Source of the DNA: Trichoplax adhaerens
Lineage: Eukaryota; Animalia; Placozoa
Length of the DNA: 64,000 nt
Direction: 5' to 3'
Assembly: GCF_000150275.1 (NCBI RefSeq)
Contig: NW_002060943.1
Location: forward strand, 186,001-250,000
Position 1 is the stretch's first letter. Each line of letters opens with the position of its first letter. Positions 14,701 through 26,600 of this stretch are shown here, piece by piece. The translations under genes were made by a program, and so were the position numbers. The notes below the pieces were generated by a model. The model ran no database searches. It saw nothing but the letters and a program-made list of their open reading frames with translations, and was not told the origin of the DNA.

Positions 14701-15278
14701 CTAAAGAAATAGAAAACTTGACTGCGACAGAAAATGCAATTTCGGCTATCGTTAAAATTTGTGTATATAGATCGAATTTGATAGATGTGAACTTAATCCT
14801 AGCACAGTTTCTTAATTGGTTACCTATAACTGAAGACGAATTGGAAGCACCTCACATTTACGGTTTCCTTTGTAATTTGGTTGAAAGGTTGGTCAAATGC
14901 CTACTTTGCTGGAACATTATTTTGTCATTCTTTGTCGTCTGACTATTTCTATATTTCTATATTATTTTTTGGGCAACAGCAATAACGAGATAATTTTGGG
15001 CAAAGACAACTGTAACCTTCCTAGAATTTTATCAATATTTGCATCTGCTTTTATAACCGGTATTCTAGCCGATGATGTTAATACTAAAACGAGAATGGAA
15101 ACCATTGTTAATCAAATTAAGGTAACGTGGCCGTCGTTGGCTTGATCAAATAATAATTTTTTGAATCGTAAACTTTCAATAAACTTTTCATCTTTATACG
15201 AAAATTTAGTCTGTCCCAGAAATGTGGAACTCTTGCCTACAACACCTTCCGGAAAGTGATAGGCAGATTTTTCAATAA
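5705..15278 (+). CDS. IPO5: Importin-5 / karyopherin beta-3 (HEAT-repeat nuclear import receptor), many exons
   Basis: Exon 1 (5705-5782) encodes [26 protein letters not shown]. Later exons encode [90 protein letters not shown] and [12 protein letters not shown]. The stop TAA is at 15276-15278. One N-gap lies inside an intron. Confidence 0.96.
13052..13138 (+). other. U12-type (minor spliceosome) AT-AC intron in IPO5, 87 nt, phase 1
   Basis: The 5' site is G|ATATCCTAA, the branch site TCCTTAAC is at 13122-13129, and the 3' site is CAC|GT. Removing the intron gives [17 protein letters not shown], collinear with the importin-5 segment recalled as FYFHDGVRVAAAESMP. Confidence 0.92.
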
Positions 15279-18200
15279 CCATTGCCATTGTGTTGGTATA
15301 GCTAGAAGGAAGTAATGGATGTATTTTATCATTTACCATAAGTCAATCACACCGCCTAGCTATTATCGATATAGATGCTAAGGTGTTAACTATCTATTCG
15401 TTACGACAATGAAGACTAAAAAGCAACTCCTGTATAGTTAAAGTTGGGTTTTTCTGAGATATTTCATGTATATTATTTCATTTGGTCATCAGCGTCACTG
15501 CTCTTGTCAATTTCTATTTGCTGTATGACATTTTACTATTATATCAACAAGTAAAAATGTATTCTTTGTTGTTAAGTCTATAAACGATAGCTCTCTTGAA
15601 TTGAAACAGAAATAACTTTGTCAATGCGTTTAAAAAAAAGTAACCTTTAAATCGTTTTTACGTTTCCACACTGTAGAAGGAATGTAAAATTTTGGATAAT
15701 TTTGTGAATACGACATTGGCAAATGTACGTTGCATCACCGTCATTGTGCAACAGTTGTAACATTTAACTATGGTTATTATGTTGTAATGAATGCTAATGT
15801 AGTATTAATAAGACTACATGATCACGTTAAGCCACAATCAATAGTTATAGAGGAAAAAGTTTGCAGTACTGATTCAAAAATTGATGCAAGATTAAATGAA
15901 ATGCTTACTATGTAATCGTTATTTTTAGCCTTTCTAATCCTAATCACTAAAATAAAGCGAATTATGATGAATTCGCTGCATGTAGTTTGTACGATATTGC
16001 AAGTGCTTGAAAGAGGTATTTGTTAGTACTGTGACTAGCAATTTTATTCTTGGTATATTTTGTTGTTGTTTTATTTTTGCCTTGTTTGTAAATTTGCAGT
16101 GTCAGAGCGATTTCTACGATAGCTACAGTTTGGTGGACGTACGTATAGAATGCATTACCGTGCAGGCTCAATAGTAAGCGAATACATAAGACATTGTGTA
16201 AAGTTCTTATACTGCTTTTTTCTTCGGTACAGTATTAATGATCACTAAATTGCATACTAAAAGAATTTAAAATAAATGCAGGAATTGTATTGCTGTACCC
16301 ATAGATGTTGCTACCTTCAATTAATTCGACTACGCGCGTTGTAGTACTTTGCTATTGTACCTCTCAACAACCATGATCGAGTTAATAACTTTATACCATA
16401 GTAGAGAGTACTAATTGTAACTGCGTGATACGTCGAATAATTCCAGTTAGAGTCAATATAGAGATATTCATGATTTGCAAAGTATGACATACTTGTACTT
16501 GTAATGTATCGTCTATTTCTACGTACACTAGATGTATAGTATATCTCGTCACTACTCCCAACGTCGGAGCAAAATCATGATAATGGATTTAAATATCAAT
16601 CATACTGGACGGTGGTTAGTCTAGACGATATTCAATGATGGGCAAGGTGAGGCAATGCAACATTTTTCATGACAGTATTAGCACTGGTAGTTAAAGTAGT
16701 CGATCGTAGATTGGAAAGAATTTTTTTTTTGGGGGGGGGGGCATCTAAAATTAATACTAGAAGTTTCACTGTACGTAAAGTGATTAAAGTATGAGCCTGT
16801 ACGGTATTGAAAAATAATTGACCAAAAATGAGAGAGATGAACCCTACTGCACTGCAGTGCTCTGGTAGACTACCAGATGTGATATATGTAAGAATGCATT
16901 AACCTGTTGTACTGCACCTAACGGGTTAGCATAAGATAAGGCAATGAATTACTAAGGTAAGGGTATAATACGTCATTATGGCTATACTATTTAAATGCAG
17001 TAAATCCTAAATAAAAGAGACTTTTAGTAAGCTTACCAGGAGGAGTGTATCAAAGTCTCTCGTGCTAACGTTAACGACTAAAAGAGTGGAAACACTACGC
17101 CAGTCACTACTGGTTGAGTCAAAGCACCTAATGTATCATGGCGTGATTTATTACGAATAGTTTTGCAGCAATCGTAACAATGGTAGGATGCCTACAGTAG
17201 AAGTACTACTCGATGCGATTGCTAGAGCTCTTTCAAGCCTACTCGTAACGTCTACCTTGGAAAGTGTCGAGTAGTATTGTTGATGATGAGGAATTGACTC
17301 TCGTATTACTTAAATGACAAAGCCATTAATATCATATTTTTGATGACTGATGTTTGGCCAGTGTTGGAATAGAATCAGAATTAAATGGACTTTGATAGTT
17401 GCTACTAAGACAAATGGTAGATCTTACAGTAAGTATTTCAGGGTAATTATTTCTTTTTATTCTTGAAGGGAACGTCGCTACGTTTCCACGACAACGTTGG
17501 CGTCAATGCATTGTTGTGATGGCGTAATTAATTAATTTACGGTATCTCTTTGTCTAATTATTGACCTATTTGCAAATTTAGAATCAAACTAGCAATAAAA
17601 AAATAGAGACCCTTCCATATTGATAGCCATACCAGACTGGAATTTAATCAATACCTCGACTGACGTACAAAAATTAATTAATTATATCGACCATCGTTGA
17701 TTGCCAATACGGTATTGACGATTTGATCATCGAGTTCGCTACTCGGTATGATCACAAGCAGAATATTGGAAATTGAGTAGGCAGTGACTGATGAAAGTGA
17801 AAGAGAGTTACCTATCATGTTTTATTTTACATAGGTAGCATATTTTCTCTTCTCTACTTTCTCGATCGTCTACCATGACGTTGACCAGTAATATTCAGTT
17901 AGGGAAAAGGAGAAAAAATGATAATTACATTTATTACTAATTGATTGATTAAAGATTCACTTCCTGTTTTTATTAACCTATATTGGCATACTGCAAGTAT
18001 CTCTTTATTTTGTAAACACAGGTCGTATTTTACATTTTTTTTTTTTCGCAGCTTGTAATGCTAACTCGGGTAGATGGACAAGAATGATAGCGATAAAGAA
18101 AAGATCTTTATTCGAGAATCAGATTTACCTAACTAGAAGAGATCAGCTTTAGCATGGAGCCATGTTAGAAATGCTACAACTGCGTCAGTTACATCTAATA

Positions 18201-19989
18201 GCCATATACTTTGTATCTATAGTACAAGGCAGTCAGCGTAGCAATGTCGTGATATATTGTGGTACGTTCTACTGTACGACAGAGCTGAGTATTATTTTTA
18301 AGCATTCAAAAGCGATGTCAAATCTGCAGGCAATAATTTATGCCTATGTTGAATCACGAGCGAGTGGCAATAGAGTAAAATGTAGAATGGATTTCTTACG
18401 AGCACTCACTCCTCTTGTCTTGCAATGAAATAGTATTGTGGTTGTCATCTGTTATTTCTGTCTACCCCTTTTGCTATTTGCTATTGATCGATTAACCTAT
18501 GCTAGGCGAAAGTGCCCTGACGGAGCATTCATTTTGGTATTGAGAAATGGCGCCATGGACACGGTATAGATTAGCTATTTGTAAATTGCTAATGACTTCA
18601 TGAAACACGCTATCCAAGTTTATTCAACTATCTTGCACTATACTGATTCCAGTTCTTCTTGTAATGTACAGTATTCGGAGAGAAATGAAGTCGCTGTCAT
18701 GAAATTGAGCGAGTTGATGATGCAATGTGTATTCATTATCTCCACTTTGTGATGGAAAGTATTGGATCTGACGACTGCTGCTTGATCTCATTTGTACCAT
18801 TGATTGTAATGTAATAATTAATTAATACGCGTAAGTTGATTGGACTGCCTACTGGTAAGCGTTAACGGAGGGATTACCGTAGTGAGTAGTGAGTGTTGTT
18901 CAATCATGCCTAAGCTGTAGTCTGTTGCCCATCGACTTTGTCTATCCTGTAGGTTAACAAATCAGTCGCAAATCATGTCATTTTATGAAGCAAGACGATA
19001 GAATAGAGATGATTGGCTTTGAATTTTCCGGTCGGCAAGATAGAGTGTTGATGCTCCCGCTCTGTACTTGATGTACATGTTATTCACTCACAGCATGTAC
19101 TGTATGTCCACTGTTTTCAGTGGCTAATTGCCGACGACTAATTGTATGTCTATATCTCCATATGGATTATCAAGGGGTATCGCTAAAGTCGCTAACAGAG
19201 GTATAGTAGAAGTGCCAAGAAAGGTGAAAAGGACACGAGTTTGAATAAGTCTATCCACTCGTTGTCATGATATCGATCCTCGTCTGGACTGGATTAGTAG
19301 GCCATCAAGTCTATGAAGCGATTACCCCAGTACTGACTGTATCAGCAAGTTCGGTCGTGTAGGCATGATGGTCATGCAAGCATGTAGAGAGAGAGAGAGA
19401 GAGTGGCCATCGTCGTTGTCTTGACGAATCAATTAGGGGGGGGTTTAATATGTCAAGGTAGAGGAAATTTTAATGGAGTCAATGTATTTTCTTATCCAAC
19501 AATGACTACCCTACTAAATCAACAAGTCACAATGGAGTTGTTGTTATTGATGTAGGAATAAGCATCATGCAGCCATGCCTGGATGGCAAATCATCTCCTC
19601 GATACAAGCGAGATGCAATTGTGAAAGAGTTTTGCAGTTGTTGTTGCACCCACTGTGATCGTCATCGGGTGGACTGTCCAAGTATTTCACTTGGCTATTT
19701 TTTAAAAAGGGAGGGCAAGGCGATCTCTCCCTTGTTGGCATCGCCATCTTGGCTATCCTCGTCGTTGGTGATGATTTGTTTGCCATGGTCGGATCGCATT
19801 TATTTAGCATCCGTCATCGCTGACTAAATCAACACCCTAATGTCTACAAAGACTCGCATACAATCACGTAGACGACGTGAAATTCCTCTTGCACAATCGC
19901 CATTTGTCATGACTGATTGGTCCTTGTCCATACCCCCCTGTTGGTGTGTCGAAGCGCCGTAGCCTAGGTAACCCCACCGAGTCGTCGTC

Positions 19990-20255
19990 CATCTTTACAC
20001 GTACTGTACCGTCGAGTAGGAGGAGGGATGACGTCGACGCTACAGTCAACCCCATCCTTCAACGTCATCTAAGCAGACTACGGCGTGCACGCGTGGTTGA
20101 TGCGTCGAGCGTCACCACCGCTCAAATCCAGCACTAGTAAAGCGCATGCGTCCTCTTGCTTTCTTCCTCCTCCCTCCCTCTTTTCAACCCTACCGTGGAT
20201 ACCAAGCGGGTTGTCGACTTCTCTTTGTTTACTTGTTTACAGTAGCCAATACAAT
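19990..20255 (+). promoter_or_regulatory. Putative promoter of the NWD-type gene
   Basis: CpG-rich island with GTACTGTAC (20001), CRE-like TGACGTC (20029), NRF1-like GCGCATGCG (20142), tandem forkhead TTGTTTAC x2 (20225-20240) and CCAAT (20246). It lies ~350-600 bp upstream of ATG 20608. Confidence 0.55.
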
Positions 20256-20607
20256 TCGTCGTCTACAGTAGAGTAGAGTCCAGGCTGGCCAAGCTTGCTG
20301 AAGGAGGAACGATCTTGAGTTGACCCAATCGTGGCCATGGTAGATGGCAAGATGACGAATTAACCATTGGTATTGATCCATCGTTGTTGGTAAAGTGTTG
20401 ATCCAGCAGATTGATAGTCCGTATTCTTTATTCTTGTTGTTGACTAAACGTTGAAGAAGATCGACAAAGTGGTCGATTTAAAATCCATTGGGTGGTAAGA
20501 CAGGCAGAGAAAAAGCCAAAACACGCTGGCAGCAAATTCACCCAATTGACTGCCATCATCGACCCCCAAAAAAAAAAAAAAAACAACAACAACAACAGGC
20601 ATAGAAA

Positions 20608-23600
20608 ATGGGATCGTCTTGCGCCAAAGGCAATCGCAATAATCAAGCCGATAAAGTCAAAGATGAAGAATCCATGTCCTCAAGTAGGACATCGCGAGCG
20701 CCTGCAGGGTAATGTTGATAGTCTAATTAAAAAAATTGCTTGTTTTTTTTCATCATCGTTCATTCGTTCAACGATCGACCACTTCATGCTATCCTATATC
20801 CATCAATCAGTCAAGATGACACAAAACAATCGTAGCTCTTGTCGTTCATCATCTTACATCACTTGTAGGCCATGTTATCACTTCAAGCCCCCTAGTTAGG
20901 CTATCATCGTTCAAGACCCAATTCTCTCCATCATGATGGCTAGCATGATGAGACGGATGCGATGTGGCAACGGATTCAATCATCTGATGTCGACTTGCAA
21001 TATAAGCCATCCTTGTTCTTGACTACACTCATCATCCACTTATTTTTCATCAATCGATCGCTATGCTATTCATGCAAATAACTCTATCCAACGAAAAAAA
21101 GCAAGAACCGGGCCCTACTTTTTAATCGACGCCAATCCATCCCATAGGCAGACAATCCTTTGTACTATATACTATATCGATACAGGTGATGATGATGAAA
21201 AACAATCCTAACCCTGGACAATTTGCACTCTTGATACCCAACACCAACCTCTACAACGGTAGACGAGGCTACTTCCATATCGATCCCAACTGTACGATCG
21301 ATGCGGATCTACTGCCAAATTGAACTCTTATTTTCAACCGGCAATCTTTCCTACTACAGCCATCCCTTGTGGATGCTTTTGCAAATCCCATTGACTAGAA
21401 GTTGATTCTATGCATATGATCGGTCTATTAGACGACTTTCCTAATCGCAATAGGCAATAATACGATAATGCCAATCAACAAGGCTTGAAACTCCATCGAA
21501 ACACCGCAATCGCTTGATCAATTCATCACAGCGTGAATAGACGATGTCAACATCGTTTATACTAACTCGTCTTGATGGATGGCGTTTCTATCGGCCATCG
21601 CAAATAGGCGCTCCACGTATTCTACTGACTATCCTATCGCACACCGACGTCAATCGATATCCATGCCCAAAATAAATTCAACTACATACCCATGCAATCA
21701 ATCCTGACTTGGATACATAATATCATCATCATGTCGACAACACAAGCTGCACTGTCATGACTAGCCTAGAATGGAACATCATTGAATTTCCAACATGCCC
21801 GGAAAAGAGTTGAATTGAACAATAGTAATCGATCCTAGTAGTACGGACTTGGATTCCTATTTCAACTCATTCTAATTGGCCTAGTATACCAAATTAAAAT
21901 GGATCCCAGCAAAAGCATAGGTCACAAGCAATTTGCGGATGGCAGGCGCAGAGAATCCACTCGCAATCCATCCTATAGAACTTGACTTCATCTCATGACA
22001 ACAGCATTCATGTTACTCTTCTCAATCATGTCATGCGAGTAGTAAGTAAAAGACGAGATTAAAAATCAAAAATTTAACGCCTTACTAACTCATTGGGGAC
22101 AATACCCTGAATATCAATTTGCAATGGAGTTGTTCAACAACGATTGAACCAGAAACTCTTTGCAATCGTTGTTGAATACTGCCTTGCTACTCTCAATCAT
22201 GTCGTGCGAGTGGTAAGTAAAAGACGAGATTAAAAATCAAAAATTCAACGCCTTACTAACTCATTGGGGACAATACCCTGAATATCAATTTGCAATGGAG
22301 TTGTTCAACAACGATTGAACCAGAAACTCTTTGCAATCGTTGTTGAATACTGCCTTGCTACACGACACCACCTACTTCAACTGGGCTACCAACCATTCCT
22401 ACAAGGATAACAAGCGATAGTGGAAAAATCATTTGCCAATACTGTAGTCAACCCAAAGTGTCTCTCCTATCTACCGGATAGAAAGGATTATGAATTCATC
22501 CAAAATAATCATAATGGACTACGGTAGCGTCACGATTGATTTCAATATTCACATGCAAGCAATTGCCACCTTTTTAATACTGCTTGTCTGTCATATCCGC
22601 TACCTTTATACAGTATTTTGTAATCGTAAATTGTCACTGATTAGACTTCCATTAAAGTCTCCTTCAAGTTGCCATTATTTCCAATTTTTTTCCCATCCTC
22701 CATGAAAAAAAAGTCATCCAATCACCTTGTTGACTCTATGCAATACTCTACTACGCAAGAAACGTCCCCACCGACCACGATACTGTACGTAGTGCCAACT
22801 TGGAAAAATGACATTAGTTCTCTAATTGAAGAAGGAAAAAGTAAATTGTTGCAAAATCACTCATTTACACGATCTATCCTTACTGTCTTGATGACGATGA
22901 TCGAAAAGTGATTGGGCCCCCCAAAATGTCTTCTTTTTTTTTTTCCATCAAAAATGATTGTATGGCTAATACGAAGATGCTGTAGTGTGATTGCATCCTT
23001 CTCGTCATACTGACTACAGCACCCTTTTGGCTAGCTAGAAAGTTGTATCAATCTTTCCCCATTTTTGATTAATTCAATTCATTAATATTACTTTTAACAA
23101 GCCTCAATTTATTTCTTCAAACTGACTTCTATCCACTTTGACGGTGGATCACCACCAATATTCTAACTTTCTCAACATGCAAACTTGAAATGTTAAAGAA
23201 GGAGCGTCTGGATGGACGCGTTGCGAGGGGTAATTAATCCATTCCAATTCAACTCTACATTTATAATGAAGTCGATAATTAAATCGATCATCATCTTAAT
23301 CACAGTAAACTTTGGATGTTAAAAATTATGCCAGGCATCTTGTCTTTTTCCCGCTATGGTTACCAGGCTTTACCGTCCGATTTTAATGTCAATCCTCACT
23401 GAAAACCATCGGCTTACTCATCCCTATTGCATATGCTAATATGGCGTATTCTACTTCTTGTCATATTCATTTGCTTTTCCATGATACAATTTGCCCTCGA
23501 TCGATGCATTTATTTCCCCTCTATATCCAGACAGGAACCCAACTAGGATTGATACACTGCTGTTGAAAGCCTACTCATGACATTGCCTATCAGCGATCGT

Positions 23601-26600
23601 TTTTCCTCCTATGCATTAGCGTAGAAGGAATAATTTGCTTCTCTCGACACTGGCTATCAATCAGCATAGCCGGCTTGGGAGATAGGAATGTATCATCACT
23701 GTCGTCGTTCTCATCTCTGCACTTACAGTAGTTCAAATCGACTTGATTCATGCATTCTCTGACCAATTCACCATAAGCAACGTAGTATCATTCAATCAAG
23801 ATGGAAAATGTATCCTCAATTCCATTTCGATAGTATTCTATCAGTGTTAAACGACACCATACGACATGATGTCGTGTTGGCCTTGATCAACCTACGATGG
23901 AGTACTATTCAATTTGTTGTTGTTCAAGCAGGCGAATATTCTCAGTCCATTTCGCCGCCGTGATCAACACATGATGTAGACCTATCCTCGTATTGAATTT
24001 AGTGGTCAAGCCGGCGACTATTCTTAGTCGAATTGGCCGCCGTGATCAACATAGGATGGAGATGTCTTGAACTTGTTAGTCAAGCAGATGAATATTCTGT
24101 GTCCTGAACTTGTTAGTCAAGCACGCGAATATTTTATGCCGGAAACTTGTTAGTTAAGCAGGCGAATATTGTATGTCCGATTGACTGCGATCAACACCAA
24201 TTTGTTAGTCAAGCAGGCGAATTGTAGATGCCTTTGAAATTGGTTTTTCAAGCAGTCTACGTCTGCCTAAAATACTCCTAATTTATTTTCATGGAGAAGG
24301 AATAAACTAGTCTTCAATGTCCAACACCATGACAACGAAGTGTCCAATCGATAGGTCGAGACGGTGTCGTTTATACTTTTGAAACACTTGCCTTAATTCA
24401 TGTACTCATCAGGCAAACTAGTCATGGCCGCCAGCGTTTTTCCTCCGTTTTAATGCCTATAAAAATGGCCACTACATCATTCATTGTAATGTTCACTAGA
24501 ACCATCTTATCCCTTTTTTTTCCTGACTCAACCATAGCCATAAGAGTCGTCGTTGGACATTTCGCCATGGTACGCATATATCAATATGAGGATTTATTCA
24601 AGAAAGATCTTTGCGGCTGTAAAAACTCCCCATACAGCTACAAATTTTCCTTTAGCAATCTCCCTATCGTCATGATAACGGATTGACCATGATCGACTAG
24701 TGTATTCTACCTTGTTATTGGGGGGGAAATGAATTCTATACTTGAAATTCTGATACAAAATGTCGCCATAGGCTATCAAACGGAGCGATCAATGTCGTCG
24801 CGCTCGATCGTATTGGAGAGCCATGGAGTAGTACTGTAGTAGTAGTAATTTTAGATCAAGTTTGAGAAGAAATGGAGGATAGGAATACACTGTACTATCG
24901 TCCGTCATTTGAGAGAAATTTGTCAAGTCTGGATACCAATACGATCAGTCAATACGCCATCAGCAAGCGATATTATTTTAGGCCGGTAAATAAACAGATC
25001 CATTTCAGAATGTTTGCTACATCTTGATTTAATAAGAATCTTATCCAACTGCTAAATCTACTTGAAGAATAGCCATGCCAACAACTTGATCCATTTTATA
25101 TTCCTGTACTACCTTTTGATTGCCCCCATAGAAATGATTCATTGACTAGGACGTCGTGATATTCGCTGCAAATTATCCCTCGTCTCATCATCAATCTGTT
25201 ACGATTATCTTGTTGATAGACGACCTCAGTAATCTGATTGCCCTCCCATCAGTTCCATTGGAATCCATTTCTTGATGATATGGACACATGCTGTCAACGT
25301 TGTAACAACGGAATCGGTGACGATAGGAGAAATGGTTTGCCTGCAGTAAAGTAAAACTCCTTGATCGCCAGTTTCTTGATACTAGATTGATTAGACTAAA
25401 AACTCTCCATCACCATCCCCCTGTTGGATCCATAGACAAATGGACATGACTTCGTTTATCCAACTGGAAGTCGTCATCAATTCTTTTTACCCCTGAAGTT
25501 ATGCTTGGATGCAGTTTCAATGAGATCCAATTCGATTATTCCCCAAGCATGATCTATAGTAGATGATTGCATTCTGCCCTACTTATCGTTCCATAAAATA
25601 GGAAAAATTGCAGCGAACGCTATCGCAAAATGATGACTTTAAAAACTTTGTTTTATGCTGTTGAAATTATGATCGTTATTCATTCTACTCTCATCAAAGA
25701 ATCAGAAAAATGGATAGGAGAAACCCTTGATCTGCACAGTATATTCCATTCGGGAAAGGACAAACTACCCGACAATTTAAAAAGCTATACAGTATTTCCT
25801 TGAATGAGCCGAGCCGGCTTCCATACTTTTAGTATTCCTGTACTATAAAAATTAGAATAGTCACCGTCAAGAACGTATTTTAGTAGGCAAGACGATATCG
25901 TGTCAAGTATTTGGCTGGCCTTCATAGGCGTTCACATAGGACTAATCATGAAAAATGAAGATAGAATAGCTGTAGTAATGTAGTGGTGACATAATATTGT
26001 AAGCTAGAAGAAATATGGAAACATGTCTCGTCATTATCCATCAAGAAGCTAAAAATAGTGCGATCCTATACACTGCCTACGTTCAGAATACCCCCCCCCC
26101 CCCCCATCAAAGCTGGTATACTTGTCAATGGAAAGACAGATATTGCAATCATGGACGATGATCGATACCCTGTCATCATTTCATTGACTTTCTAGCTAAT
26201 TTGAGGTCTTTCCACTGAAGTAGTGCCTAGCAATTGATCGATGTAAAACCACCAATGGAGCTACTTCAATAGAATGAGTCAACCATGGATTCTATCTTGC
26301 TTGCCAGATCATATTTCAATGATTGCAAGCTAACCAACGAATACTCGTATTGATTCCTTGGCCATTTCTACCCATTAGCAAATTGGAAATTTCGTTACCC
26401 ACGTATTCACAGTATCCACCGTTGATACGTAGGTTAACAGAATACCCGTAGAAAAGTTGGGCTAGGATGAACTAGTTGCATCGATTACTATACTTAGATT
26501 AAAAGTGAAATAATACCAATCTCCGACATCAAACCAATTTGTCGATGATGGACAACATCCGATGGTATAGCCTTTCAAGGTAGATGCTGCCTCGATCGAC

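Noticed and set aside
19567-19827. ORF with KR-DAIVKEFCSCCCTHC...C resembling an insulin A chain
   Set aside because: Cys spacing is CC-x3-C-x6-C with extra Cys rather than CC-x3-C-x8-C. The Cys run comes from a TTG microrepeat, and no signal peptide or B-chain exon was found.
20492-20899. 135-aa ORF in the track
   Set aside because: GTG start, runs through poly-A and AAC repeats, and overlaps the better-supported MGSSC exon in another frame.
23915-24256. CRISPR-like repeat/spacer appearance
   Set aside because: The context is a eukaryotic intron, the repeats are degenerate, the spacers are irregular and related to each other, and there are no cas genes.
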